A stretch of 64,000 nucleotides of DNA from NCBI GenBank assembly GCA_052034255.1, contig JBPOIU010000022.1, positions 7,354 through 71,353 on the forward strand. The letters are read 5' to 3'. Position 1 is the first letter of the stretch. The number at the start of each line of letters is the position of its first letter. The notes under the pieces are model-generated. The model was not told the origin of the DNA. It ran no database searches and saw nothing but the letters and a program-made list of their open reading frames with translations. Made by a program: the position numbers and the translations under genes. The stretch comes from Planctomycetota bacterium (lineage in GTDB: Bacteria > Planctomycetota > B15-G4 > JADJEK01). This document shows, one piece after another, positions 42,632 through 52,445 of the stretch.

Positions 42632-44794
42632 ATGATCACGCTCACACCTACTCGCATCGGTCTCGTGCTCGGGGCCACCGCCGGCATGATCGCGGCTCTG
42701 CTCGGCCAGACGTCGCTGATCCAGCGCATCGAGGCCAAGCCCTACGACGTCCTCGTGTCCGCCTTCGCGCGCCCGGAACTCGGCGCGACGTCGCGCGTGA
42801 AGGTGTTGCTGTACACCGACGACGACGTGCAGATCTTCAAGCGCGAGTACCCGGAGCTGCGCTATCCGCCGCCGCGCTCGTTCTACGCGGACGTCATGGA
42901 GCAGATCCGCGGCATCGGCGTCGAGCCCGGCGCGTTCGTCTTCGACATCATCATGTCCGAGAGCTCGAACATCCCCGGCGACGACGAGGTGTTCGCGACG
43001 GCGGTCCGAAAGGCCGGCAACGTCGCGATGGCGATGGCCGTCTTCCCGCCGGGGGCGGCCGAGGGCACGACGCTCGATGCCGGAACGGACACGCCACCGG
43101 AACCGCTGCCCGCTCCCGCGCGCATCGAGCTCTACGGCGCTCCGGATGCGCTGCCGCTCGTGACCAATGCGCAGCTACCGATGCCGGCGGTGCAAGACGC
43201 CGTCGCCCGCTTCGGGAACGCGTACGTGAAGGTCGACCGCGGCGACCTGCTGCGCACGATGCCGATCGCGTTCCGTTACCTCGACACGATCACCCCGTCG
43301 CTGCCCGTCGCAGCGGTGATGGCGTATTCCGGCGATTCGTCGCTCGCGCTCGAGAAGCGCACGCTGCGCCGCTTCGCCGGCATCGACGTCCCGGTCGTCG
43401 ACGGCAAGCTGCTCGTCAACTTCCGCGGGCCGCGCGGCACGTTCCCCACGGCCTCGCTGACGAGCGCGTTGGCCCTGAAGCCGAGCGCTGCCGGCGAAGC
43501 CTGGCGCCAATCCCTGCGCAAGGGCGACATCGTCGTGATCGGCGCGAACGTCACCGGCCATCCCGACGTCCAAGCGACTCCGGTCGACGAGAGCCTCCCC
43601 GGTCCGGAGTTCATCGCGACCGTCATCGACAACCTGCTGCGTGGCGACGCACGGTCGCGATTGCCTGGTTGGTTGAACTTCCTGATCCCGATCGTGCTCG
43701 GCGCGACCGTCGGTCTGACCGCCGTGCTCGCGAGCCGCAAGCGTTCGGCGCTGGTGCTCGTCCTGCCGCTCGTGCTCGCCTATTTCGGCATCGTCGCGCT
43801 GGCGTTCGCGAACGGGTTGGTCCTCGACGTCGTGACCCCGTTCTCCGGCGCCGCGCTCGCCTACACCGGCTCCGCGCTGTACCTGTTCAACACCGAAGGC
43901 AAGAAGCGCCGTGAGATCCGGCAGTCGTTCTCGCGCTACCTCGCGCCCGAGGTGGTGACGACGCTCGAAGAACATCCGGAGCAACTGCGCCTCGGCGGCG
44001 AACGTCGCGAGATGACGATCCAGTTCTCCGATCTCGCGGGCTTCACGGGCTTCTCCGAGCGCATGAAGCCGGAAGAGCTCGTGACGTTCCTGAACGAGTA
44101 CCTGACCGCGATGACGGACATCATCCTGGATCACCAGGGCGTCATCGACAAGTACCTCGGCGACGCGATCATGGCGTTCTGGGGCGCGCCGATCCCGCGC
44201 GAGGACCACGCGCGTCTCGCGTTGTCCGCGGTCGCGCATTGCCAACAACGACTGCAGAAGTTCGTCGAGGAGAAGAGCCAGCTCGGCCTGCCGAAGCTGA
44301 TGGCGCGCACCGGCATCAACACCGGTCACGTCGTCGTCGGCAACATGGGCAGCAACCGCCGCTTCGACTACACGGTCATGGGCGATTCGGTGAATCTCGC
44401 GTCGCGACTCGAAGGCGCGAACAAGTTCTTCGACAGCATCGTGATGGTCACGGACGCGACGCTCGCCGCCGCCGGCGAAGGCGCGGCAATCGTGCGCCCG
44501 CTCGGCCGTTTACGCGTGAAGGGCAAGAACGAGCCGGTCGGCGTCCACGAATTGCTCGGAGCCGGCGGCGCCCTCGAGACGTCGCTGCCGGCCTGGGCCG
44601 CGACGTTTGGCGAAGGCCTCGCGCTGTTCCAGAAGGGCGAGTTCAAGAAAGCCGCGGCGACCTTCGAACGCAGCCACGCCGCGCGCCCGGGGGGCGACCC
44701 CGTCTCGCAGCGCTACATCAAGTTGTGCGAGGAGTACCGCGTCAAGTACGCCGCCGGCGACTTCGACGGCATCATCACATTGACCGAGAAATGA
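42632..44794 (+). CDS. CHASE2 sensor-domain adenylate/guanylate cyclase (class III)
   Basis: MITLTPTRIGLVLGATAGMIAALLG is TM1. A ~330-aa periplasmic CHASE2-like region follows, then 3 TMs. The cyclase domain reads MTIQFSDLAGFTGFSE...YLGDAIMAFWGAP...GINTGHVVVGNMGS...YTVMGDSVNLASRLE. Confidence 0.8.
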   Translation: MITLTPTRIGLVLGATAGMIAALLGQTSLIQRIEAKPYDVLVSAFARPELGATSRVKVLLYTDDDVQIFKREYPELRYPPPRSFYADVMEQIRGIGVEPGAFVFDIIMSESSNIPGDDEVFATAVRKAGNVAMAMAVFPPGAAEGTTLDAGTDTPPEPLPAPARIELYGAPDALPLVTNAQLPMPAVQDAVARFGNAYVKVDRGDLLRTMPIAFRYLDTITPSLPVAAVMAYSGDSSLALEKRTLRRFAGIDVPVVDGKLLVNFRGPRGTFPTASLTSALALKPSAAGEAWRQSLRKGDIVVIGANVTGHPDVQATPVDESLPGPEFIATVIDNLLRGDARSRLPGWLNFLIPIVLGATVGLTAVLASRKRSALVLVLPLVLAYFGIVALAFANGLVLDVVTPFSGAALAYTGSALYLFNTEGKKRREIRQSFSRYLAPEVVTTLEEHPEQLRLGGERREMTIQFSDLAGFTGFSERMKPEELVTFLNEYLTAMTDIILDHQGVIDKYLGDAIMAFWGAPIPREDHARLALSAVAHCQQRLQKFVEEKSQLGLPKLMARTGINTGHVVVGNMGSNRRFDYTVMGDSVNLASRLEGANKFFDSIVMVTDATLAAAGEGAAIVRPLGRLRVKGKNEPVGVHELLGAGGALETSLPAWAATFGEGLALFQKGEFKKAAATFERSHAARPGGDPVSQRYIKLCEEYRVKYAAGDFDGIITLTEK

Positions 44795-44906
44795 ACCCGA
44801 CTTGCGACGGCGTACGCGCGTCGGCGTCCACAACATGGAGTCAGCCGGTGCGCAACTCGGCCCGGTCGCGCTCTAGAATCCGCCCGCCTCGCTCACGGAG
44901 ATCTCG

Positions 44907-45407
44907 ATGAGTCCACGTCCCATGTTCTCCACGTTCGGCGCGGTCTGCGCCCTGTTGTGCATCGCGGGCGCGCTCGCACAGACCCCGGCGCCGACCTTCG
45001 CACCGGGCACCCAAGCCCGCGTCACGGTTTCGACCGCGGTCCTACGCGCGCAGCCGCGGTCGTTGTCGGCTTCCGTCAAGCAACTGGCGGGCGGCGACAC
45101 GGTCGAGATCATCGAAGCGCAGAGCCCGTGGTACCGCGCCCGCGCCCAGGGCACCGAAGGCTACATCCACGGTTCGGCACTGCTCGACGCGAAGTCGTAC
45201 AGCGTCGCCGTCGGTACCGGCGCGACCGGCGTGACCTACGCCGAACGCACCGCCGCGGCGCGTGGGTTCAACCCGAAGGTCGAAGAGCAGCACCGCAAGG
45301 ACGAACCGAACCTCGACGCCGGCTACGCGCGCGTCGACCAGATCGAAGCGAAGTCGACGACGCTCGAAGCGATCCTGTCGTTCCGCAAGCAGGGAGGGCA
45401 GAACTGA
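44907..45407 (+). CDS. Secreted SH3b-domain protein
   Basis: The signal peptide is followed by ARVTVSTAVLRAQPRSLSASVKQLAGGDTVEIIEAQSPWYRARAQGTEGYIHGSAL, a bacterial SH3 pattern. Its stop shares 1 nt with the next ATG. Confidence 0.6.
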   Translation: MSPRPMFSTFGAVCALLCIAGALAQTPAPTFAPGTQARVTVSTAVLRAQPRSLSASVKQLAGGDTVEIIEAQSPWYRARAQGTEGYIHGSALLDAKSYSVAVGTGATGVTYAERTAAARGFNPKVEEQHRKDEPNLDAGYARVDQIEAKSTTLEAILSFRKQGGQN

Positions 45408-46378
45408 TGAACACGCGCACCCTGTTGCTCGGTTCGAGTGCGATCGCGGCCGTGGCGTTGGTCGTCGCCGGTTGCGGCGGTGATGGAAGCGGGGGCGGCG
45501 GCCTGCTGAAGGGCGCCGGCGATCTCGCGACCGCGGTGACCGGTGACGAGCGGTACTCCGAGATCGGCGACACGCTCGCGCGCACGATCACGGACTACAA
45601 CGACCTGTTGCCGTCCGAGGAGCACTACATCGGTCGCGCAGTCGCCGCGCAGGTGCTGGTCGAACCGCGTTATCCCGTGCGTCCCGCGGATGCGCTGACG
45701 GACTACGTCGCGCTGGTCGGGCAGAACGTGGCGCAGAGCGTGGACTTCGTGCGCCAGACGTACAAGGGCTACCGCTTCACGGTGCTCGAGTCGGACGAGC
45801 TGAACGCGTTCGCGACCCCGGGCGGATTCGTGTTCATCACGACGGGACTGCTGAAGCAGACCCGGAGCGAAGACGAACTCGCGGGCATCCTGGCCCACGA
45901 GATCGCGCACGTCACGCTGAAGCACGGCCTCTCGTCGGTCAACCAGAGCAACTTCGTGCAGGCCGGCCAACTCGGGCTGAACCTCTACAAGGACGAGAAG
46001 TTCAAGGACGACCCGAAGAAGCGCGCCAAGTTCGAGGAGAAGCTCGGCGAGATCTCGAAGGTGTTCGGCAAGAGCTGCGACGAGGTCGCGTTCACGCTGC
46101 TGTCGGGCGGCTACGGCGCCGACAAGGAGCGCGCCGCCGACGAACTCGCGATCCGATTGGTCGCCGCGGCGGGCTACGCGCCGACCGCATTGTCGACCGT
46201 CCTCGATCGCCTGCCCGAACAGAAGGGCGCCGGGGGTTGGCTCGACACCCACCCCTCCGGCCATTCGCGCGCCGCCGATCTGCATGGCCAGGAAGGTGGC
46301 GTCGCCAGCGCCACGACGCCGGCCGCTGTCGCTCAGCGCACGCAACGCCATGCGGCGGCGCTGAAGGCCCTGCAATGA
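45407..46378 (+). CDS. M48-family Zn-metallopeptidase lipoprotein
   Basis: MNTRTLLLGSSAIAAVALVVAGCGG is a lipobox. NAFATPGGFVFITTGLL...LAGILAHEIAHVTLKH is the HExxH motif. A downstream Glu/His supplies the third ligand. Confidence 0.75.
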   Translation: MNTRTLLLGSSAIAAVALVVAGCGGDGSGGGGLLKGAGDLATAVTGDERYSEIGDTLARTITDYNDLLPSEEHYIGRAVAAQVLVEPRYPVRPADALTDYVALVGQNVAQSVDFVRQTYKGYRFTVLESDELNAFATPGGFVFITTGLLKQTRSEDELAGILAHEIAHVTLKHGLSSVNQSNFVQAGQLGLNLYKDEKFKDDPKKRAKFEEKLGEISKVFGKSCDEVAFTLLSGGYGADKERAADELAIRLVAAAGYAPTALSTVLDRLPEQKGAGGWLDTHPSGHSRAADLHGQEGGVASATTPAAVAQRTQRHAAALKALQ

Positions 46379-46509
46379 CGCATCGCAGCCAAAACCGCCC
46401 GCATCCCCGAACGCCCGCGGTTCGTACCTGATCCCGGCGCGCGGCTCGGCGATCCGAGGTCGCGCGCGAAGAACAAGCTCGCTCCTCGTTCGAAAGGAAT
46501 GGAGAAGAC

Positions 46510-47109
46510 ATGAATCGCAGACTCATCACCGCGGCGCTCGCCGGCCTGTCGCTCGTCGCGACCGGATCCGCTTTGGCGCAGAACCGCGGGAACAACGACG
46601 ATGCGGCCCGCCGCGCCGCCGCCGGCCGTAAGGCGCAAGCCGACAAGACCGCGGACGACGCCGCGCGTCGCGCCCAGGCCGAGCGCGCCAAGGCTGGCCG
46701 TGAGGCCGATCAAGCGCAGGACGAAGCCGCCCGCCGCGCGCAGGCCGAGCGTGAGAAGAATGCCCGCCGCGCCGACAGCGCCGGCGACACCGATGCCGAG
46801 CGTCGCGCCAACGCCGAGCGCGCGAACGGCGACGCCGAGACCAAGCGCCGTGGCCTCGAGCGCGCGCGGTTGGTCCATCAGCGCAACGTCACGCTGCGCC
46901 AAGCGAAGCTCGCCCGCCTGCGCGCCATCGCGACGCAGAAGAACGATGCCGAGATGCTGAAGCGGATCGAGCGCCTGGAAGCGAAGCAGCGTGAGTTGGA
47001 CCAGCGCCGTCGGCAGAAGCAGCAGGCCGACGAAGCCGAGCTGCAGCGCGGCGAGCCCACGCGCGAAGCGCCGGCCACGCGCGAGCAGCCGGCCACGCGC
47101 GGCAACTGA
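46510..47109 (+). CDS. Secreted highly charged coiled-coil repeat protein
   Basis: A signal peptide (MNRRLITAALAGLSLVATGSALA) is followed by ~22-aa repeats DDAARRAQAERAKAGREADQAQ / DEAARRAQAEREKNARRAD. GGAG lies 7 nt upstream of the ATG. Confidence 0.5.
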   Translation: MNRRLITAALAGLSLVATGSALAQNRGNNDDAARRAAAGRKAQADKTADDAARRAQAERAKAGREADQAQDEAARRAQAEREKNARRADSAGDTDAERRANAERANGDAETKRRGLERARLVHQRNVTLRQAKLARLRAIATQKNDAEMLKRIERLEAKQRELDQRRRQKQQADEAELQRGEPTREAPATREQPATRGN

Positions 47110-47144
47110 CCCATCATCACGATCCGAAACGGAGGAGATATCGC

Positions 47145-47366
47145 ATGAAGATCCGCAAGTTCGCGCAGGGCGTCGCCGCTGCGCTGGCGTTCCTGCCCCT
47201 CACGGCCTGTGAGAACAAGTTCTTCGAGAGCCCGGACGTGGACGTCGTCGTCCCGACCGAGGCGCAAGCTCAGGCCGAAGCGGAGCAGTCGATCACCGCG
47301 GACAACGCGTCCGCCGAGCTCGACGCCCTCGAGAAGGAAATCGAAGCCGACGCCGCCGAGAATTGA
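47145..47366 (+). CDS. Small acidic lipoprotein (73 aa)
   Basis: A strong SD (GGAGGAG) lies 7 nt upstream. MKIRKFAQGVAAALAFLPLTAC is a lipobox. The mature part is acidic and Ala/Glu-rich. Confidence 0.5.
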   Translation: MKIRKFAQGVAAALAFLPLTACENKFFESPDVDVVVPTEAQAQAEAEQSITADNASAELDALEKEIEADAAEN

Positions 47367-47555
47367 TCGGCGACGAGTTCGTCGAACCACACGGGCCGGA
47401 CGCCCCTGCGTCCGGCCCGTGTGCGTTTTTCGGCGCGCGTCCGACGCGCGGCGGTCGGAGCGGCAGGACAGCGCACTTCCTCGGCGTCTCGTGGCCGCGT
47501 ACTCTCCTGCGCCTCCCCCCGCCGAACTCGCAATCCGCAGGACATCGACGACCGG

Positions 47556-50399
47556 ATGACTCCCTCGAAACCCGCCGCCAAGGCGCCGACCTGGAGACGC
47601 TGGATCGCGGCCGCGCTCGTCGCCGCCGGCTGGCTCGGACTCGGCAAGGCGCAAGTCGACGTCGATGCCCCCAGTGAAACCTCGCATGCGCGTGGGACCT
47701 TTTGGAGCGCGCAAGACGCCGCTGGCGCGGGCTTGCGCGTACCGGCGAAGGACCGCGGGTTCGTCCTGACGCAGGGTCAGCGCATCCGCTTCGGACCGGA
47801 AGACGACGGAGTCCGACGGATCGACACGGTTCGCGTGCTCGCGGAGCGCATGACCGAAGCGTCCGCGCTCGACCTGACCGCGCGCGGATCCGAAGCCGGC
47901 CGCGTGCGCCTACGCCTGACGCCTTCGTACACGTGGGGTCTGGCGTTCTTGCGCGAGGCGAGCGGCGCGGCCCCGAAGAACCTCGCCCAACGCACCGACG
48001 TCGAACTCGCCGGTGCTCTGTTCCAGCCGGTCGAGCTGTCGTTGCGATTGGCCGAGACGGCGCTCGACGCCGAAGTGAATCGCGTGCCGCAGTTGCACTG
48101 CGAGCCCGTCGACGGAAGCGCCGGAGACCTGACGTTCGACGCGGCGACGGGCCCGGTGCGAGTCTTGCAGCTCGAAGTCTCGGGAACGCAGGGCCAAAGC
48201 CGCTTCACTTGGACCGATGACTTGAAGGCGCTCCCGGCCACCAGCGCGGTCGCGTCGTTCGCGTTCGGCCTCGGTCGTGGTGCGCTGGCGTTCGCGTTCG
48301 CCGCGGTCGTGTTGCTCGGTTTCTGCGGCCGACGGCCGGATCGTGCGGCGCTGGTCGCCGCGACGTTGCGGGCGGTCACGCTGCCCGCGCTCGCATGCGT
48401 TTCCGCATGGTTCACGACGTCGAGCGCGCCGCACCCGCCCGCCGCATTGCTGCTGTTGCTCGCGCTGCCGTCGTTTGGCTCAGCGCTGTTCGCGTTGCGC
48501 GCGGCGCTCGCCGTGCCGACGCCCGCCGAGCCGGCCGCGCGCCGCGTCCCCGCGGTCGTTTGCGTCGCGGTGTTCTTCGCTCTCACCGCGTTCGCGGCCA
48601 AGATCGAGTTCGCGCACGAAACCGCTCGCGTCGAACCCCTGCGCGAAGACCTGCGCCTGGCCGCAGCTGCGGACGACGGTCGCTTCGAATTGCGCGACGG
48701 GGTGCGCCTGAACGCGGCGACGCATCTCGCGGTCCGCAACGCGCATCGCGATTTCGCGTTGGATGGCACGGTGGCTCTGGCTCCGGGTGCCGTGCTCGAG
48801 GTCCGCGCGCGCAATCGGCGCGGCGAAGGCGTCGCGCTGTTGCTGTCGGCCGATCCTGCGATCGAGACGTCGTTCGTCCGCATCGAGGAAGACGCGCTGA
48901 CCCGCATCGGCACGCGCTCCGGCGCCGTGGCGGCCCGCGACGCGTTGCGCTTGCGCATCGATGCGCGCGGCCGCTCCTTCGAAGCCCGCATCGGCGACAC
49001 GGTGGTCGCTCGCGCCGAGGAAGTCCTGTTCCCGCGCGGCGATTACGAACTGCTCGCGATGACCGGCGCCGCCGAAGTCCGTGCGCTGTCCATCACGCCG
49101 GTCGAATCGTCGGCGCCGGACGCCGACCTGTCGTTCGCGCGGCTGCGAGCGGCAGTCGTCCCGTTCGTGCTGGCGCTGGTCACAGCCGTGCTGCTCGCCT
49201 TCCTCGCGCGCGGTTCGTTGCTGCACGGACCGGCCGGACTCGTCGTGGGTGCGGCGAGCACGGTGCCATGGTTGCTCACCCGGCTCGACGGCGAAGTCGG
49301 CGAAGCCGCTCGCGGCGGCACCGCCCTACTCGCGGCGGCGGCCTCCACGCTGCTCGTGTTCCTCGCCGGCATGGTGCGCGTGCGTGCGGCCGGAGTGGTC
49401 CGGTTCTATGCGGTGTTCGCGGTCGCGATCGGACTCGGGGCCCTGTCGTTCCGCACGTTGACGGCGCGCCACTGGCCCCCCGACGTCGCGCGCATGAATG
49501 CGTTCACGGCCGTCGAATGGGACGGCGACCGCATCGAGGGCAAACTGCTGCATGCGTGGCATCCGCTGCTGCGGCGCTGGAATCCGTGGGTCACCGACCA
49601 CCGCCTGCGGCGCAGTCATCACGAACTGCGGAAGCCCGCGGGAACGCGGCGCATCCTGTTCCTCGGGACGTCGAGCACGTTCGGCTACGGCACCCGCGAC
49701 GCGTATGGCGCTCTGCTCGGCGAGCGCTTGGCCAAGGACCCCGCGGGCGCACCGATCGCACCCGTCGAAGTGCTGATCGGCGCCTACCCCGGCTCGAGCG
49801 GCATTCGGCAATTCCACTTCCTCGAGCAGGTGGGCCTGCAGTTCGCTCCGGACATCGTGTGCCTGAGCCTCTACTACAACGATGCCCCTGGGCTCACCCA
49901 GTTCGACGAACCGGCGTACCTCGAGCGGATCCGTGCTCCGGAGTACCGGCGCTCCCTGTTCGACGACCTGCGGGTGCGCCGCGCGATCACAGCAGGTGAA
50001 CCCCGCTTCACGGCGATGAACATCGCGTACTGCAAGGACCCGACGAAGAGCCCGACGTGGGACCCGGCATGGGGCGAAGAGCCCGCGCGCATCTTCGAGG
50101 GCGTCCTGCGCCGCTTCGGCGCGCTGTCGCGCGAGCAAGGATTCCGCCTCGTGCTGATCAAGGAACCCGTGCGCGGCAACGGTCCACGCTTGTGGAAGCC
50201 CGAGTTCTACGCCGCGATGGAACGCGTCGGTCAGGAGTTCGGAGCCGTCGTCGTCGACCCGTCACCCGCTCTGCAACGTGCGGGCGGGGCCTCGCTGTTC
50301 ATGGACGAAGTCCATCCATTCGGCAGCGGCCATGCGGTGATGGCAGACGTCCTCGAGCCGATCCTGCGCGAGGAGCTGCGCCAGCTCGACGCGCGCTGA
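47556..50399 (+). CDS. Large membrane protein (947 aa): N-terminal periplasmic domain, multi-TM core with internal beta-rich insert, C-terminal SGNH/GDSL-type hydrolase domain
   Basis: Start is at MTPSKPAAKAPTWRRWIAAALVAAGWLGLG. TM clusters run from aa ~240-360 and ~560-680. The C-terminus has RILFLGTSSTFGYG (GDSx-like block I) and FMDEVHPFGSGHAVMADVL (DxxH block V). Confidence 0.55.
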   Translation: MTPSKPAAKAPTWRRWIAAALVAAGWLGLGKAQVDVDAPSETSHARGTFWSAQDAAGAGLRVPAKDRGFVLTQGQRIRFGPEDDGVRRIDTVRVLAERMTEASALDLTARGSEAGRVRLRLTPSYTWGLAFLREASGAAPKNLAQRTDVELAGALFQPVELSLRLAETALDAEVNRVPQLHCEPVDGSAGDLTFDAATGPVRVLQLEVSGTQGQSRFTWTDDLKALPATSAVASFAFGLGRGALAFAFAAVVLLGFCGRRPDRAALVAATLRAVTLPALACVSAWFTTSSAPHPPAALLLLLALPSFGSALFALRAALAVPTPAEPAARRVPAVVCVAVFFALTAFAAKIEFAHETARVEPLREDLRLAAAADDGRFELRDGVRLNAATHLAVRNAHRDFALDGTVALAPGAVLEVRARNRRGEGVALLLSADPAIETSFVRIEEDALTRIGTRSGAVAARDALRLRIDARGRSFEARIGDTVVARAEEVLFPRGDYELLAMTGAAEVRALSITPVESSAPDADLSFARLRAAVVPFVLALVTAVLLAFLARGSLLHGPAGLVVGAASTVPWLLTRLDGEVGEAARGGTALLAAAASTLLVFLAGMVRVRAAGVVRFYAVFAVAIGLGALSFRTLTARHWPPDVARMNAFTAVEWDGDRIEGKLLHAWHPLLRRWNPWVTDHRLRRSHHELRKPAGTRRILFLGTSSTFGYGTRDAYGALLGERLAKDPAGAPIAPVEVLIGAYPGSSGIRQFHFLEQVGLQFAPDIVCLSLYYNDAPGLTQFDEPAYLERIRAPEYRRSLFDDLRVRRAITAGEPRFTAMNIAYCKDPTKSPTWDPAWGEEPARIFEGVLRRFGALSREQGFRLVLIKEPVRGNGPRLWKPEFYAAMERVGQEFGAVVVDPSPALQRAGGASLFMDEVHPFGSGHAVMADVLEPILREELRQLDAR

Positions 50400-50459
50400 T
50401 CGCCGCGCCCGCGCTCCTCACATCCACGACGACACATCGACCGACTGGGCTCGCGCGGA

Positions 50460-51698
50460 TCACCCGCGACGGCGCGGAGCCTCGGTGCCCGCCGGAGGCG
50501 CGACGTAGCCGTTCTGCTTGCGCCATTCCGGCAGGTGGATCCAGCGCGGACGATCGAGCTCCGCCCGCCAGACCTCGGAGACGCGCGGGTTGTTGTGGAT
50601 CCGCGCGTCGCCCCACGTGGTCCATTCCTTCGTCTTGGTCCAGTCCACCGACAGCATCGTCACGCCCTTGATCTCGGGATGGGCGTCGAGGAAGCGCGAG
50701 AACGGCGTGAACCACGCGTCGCAGATCGCCTGCCCGCGAATGCCCTTCGGGTCGCGCTCGGCCGCCGGGATGTTCATGTTCAACGGCGTCGTTTCGCCGA
50801 TCAGCACCGGCTTGCGCTTCTCGCGCGCCATGCGCAGCAGCGTTTGCGTGATGGTGGTCTCGGCGGCGCCACGACCGCGCCCGGTGCGTGCCGCGCTGCG
50901 CTCGTCGAAGTGCTGCACCGCGAACACGTCGAGGCCGAGCCAATCGACCCACTCGTCGCCCGGGTACCAGCGCGGATTGCCCGCGGCGTCGTACTCCTCG
51001 AGCGCTTCGTCACCGCGCGCTTCGACGCACCAGACGAACGCGACGTGCTCGACGCCGACCGAGCGGAACAACTCGACGAACTTCCGATAGGCGCGCGGAA
51101 ACACGTAGGGATGCAGGCCTTCCCATTCGCCGTTCAATTCGCCACCGATGCGCAACAGCACCGGCACACCCTTCGACTGGATCATCCGCGCGGTCTGGAG
51201 CACCAGATCGTCGTAGAGGTTCGACTCGACGAACTCCTGGTCCTTCGCGGTCGAGAACCCGGCGACGTCCTTGTGTCGGAAGTCGATCGTCAAGTTCAGC
51301 GCTTGGCCGAGGTTCTTGGCCTGATCGAGCGTGCCCGCCAGGCGACGCAACGCCATGTTGTAAGGCCGGGTCCCGGGCAGGCTCATCCACATGGCGATTC
51401 CGACCGGGGCGCGCTCCGGCCCCGTCATGCGGGTGTACGTGGCGACCGCGTCGTCCTGGCCGACCGTGCCGCCCGCAAAATGCAGCACGCGCCCGTCCTC
51501 GGGTTCGAAGCGCGCGCGCGCCGTTGCGCCAGCGTGGACCGGGGCGCCACTGCCCGCACTGCCGCCGCGCTCGTCGACCACCGGATCCGTCGCGACGGAC
51601 GTGCAGGACCACGCAGCCGTGACCGCGGCGAGCAGAAGCGCGCTCGAGAATCCGCGCGATCGGCGCGCAACCTTGCTGGAAGTGACCATCGCTCGCAT
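50460..51698 (-). CDS. Glycoside hydrolase family 26-like (beta-mannanase-type), secreted
   Basis: A signal peptide is followed by LLRIGGELNGEWEG (acid/base Glu context, cf. RFxHEMNGxW) and VLIGETTPL (nucleophile Glu context). Confidence 0.6.
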   Translation of the reverse strand: MRAMVTSSKVARRSRGFSSALLLAAVTAAWSCTSVATDPVVDERGGSAGSGAPVHAGATARARFEPEDGRVLHFAGGTVGQDDAVATYTRMTGPERAPVGIAMWMSLPGTRPYNMALRRLAGTLDQAKNLGQALNLTIDFRHKDVAGFSTAKDQEFVESNLYDDLVLQTARMIQSKGVPVLLRIGGELNGEWEGLHPYVFPRAYRKFVELFRSVGVEHVAFVWCVEARGDEALEEYDAAGNPRWYPGDEWVDWLGLDVFAVQHFDERSAARTGRGRGAAETTITQTLLRMAREKRKPVLIGETTPLNMNIPAAERDPKGIRGQAICDAWFTPFSRFLDAHPEIKGVTMLSVDWTKTKEWTTWGDARIHNNPRVSEVWRAELDRPRWIHLPEWRKQNGYVAPPAGTEAPRRRG

Positions 51699-51803
51699 GG
51701 CAGTCCTTTCGTTCGGCTCGAATCCGTAGCACTCGACTCGGAGCGCCGCGGTTCCATCGGCTGAAGTATGCCTGGACGCGAGGCCAAGACGGTAACGGCT
51801 CCG

Positions 51804-52445
51804 TCAGCGGCGAGTGGACAACGCGCGCAGAGACTCGTCGGCGATCGGGTACCACGCCCAGTGCGGAGCGTCGAAATGCCACCACTCGGTCGCGAGGCCG
51901 GTGAAGCCCTGCGCGAAGAGCGCGCACTCGAGGCGCTCCCGATTCGCGCGCTCCTGTGGCGACGCACCCGCGTAGTCGCGGTGCGCGCGCGGCGTGAACT
52001 CGTCGTACGCGCTCGGCATCGGCAACGGGTTCCCGTCGCGATCGACGAGCCCGACGTCGACCGCCGCTCCACGGTTGTGGCGCGAGCCCTTGCGCGGATC
52101 CGCGACGTAGTCGGGATCGGCGACGACCGACCACAGCGTCCACTGCACCGACCACGGCCGATAGGCGTCGTACACGACGAGGTACAAGCCATCGCGCTCG
52201 AGATCGTCCTGCGCACGCTTCAGTCGCTCCGCGACGCTCGCGCGCAAGTAGGCCTCGGGCGCGTCGTAGAGCACGCGCTGCGTGAAGTTGTTCGCCGTCG
52301 CGTAGCGCATGTCGATCCGGATCCGCGGGTCGACGGCGGCGATGCGCACGAGCGGCTCGTCCCGCAGCGCTGCCGCGTCGAAGGCAGGGCAGACGCAACC
52401 GCCCGCGAGCGATGCGGTGAGCGCGAGTCCGACGGCACGCATCAT
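51804..52445 (-). CDS. D-alanyl-D-alanine dipeptidase (VanX / M15D family), secreted
   Basis: Start is at MMRAVGLALTASLAGGCVC. YRPWSVQ...GSRHNRGAAVDVGL...EWWHFD are the Zn ligands and catalytic motifs of VanX/DdpX. ATGA overlap with the upstream peptidase. Confidence 0.75.
   Translation of the reverse strand: MMRAVGLALTASLAGGCVCPAFDAAALRDEPLVRIAAVDPRIRIDMRYATANNFTQRVLYDAPEAYLRASVAERLKRAQDDLERDGLYLVVYDAYRPWSVQWTLWSVVADPDYVADPRKGSRHNRGAAVDVGLVDRDGNPLPMPSAYDEFTPRAHRDYAGASPQERANRERLECALFAQGFTGLATEWWHFDAPHWAWYPIADESLRALSTRR

Noticed and set aside
47777-49999. Alternate-frame ORFs (407 aa minus strand, 534 aa plus strand) inside the 947-aa membrane/SGNH gene
   Set aside because: Arg/Ser/Ala-rich low-complexity translations without TM or catalytic motifs. 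The frame at 47556..50399 has coherent TM segments and SGNH blocks.
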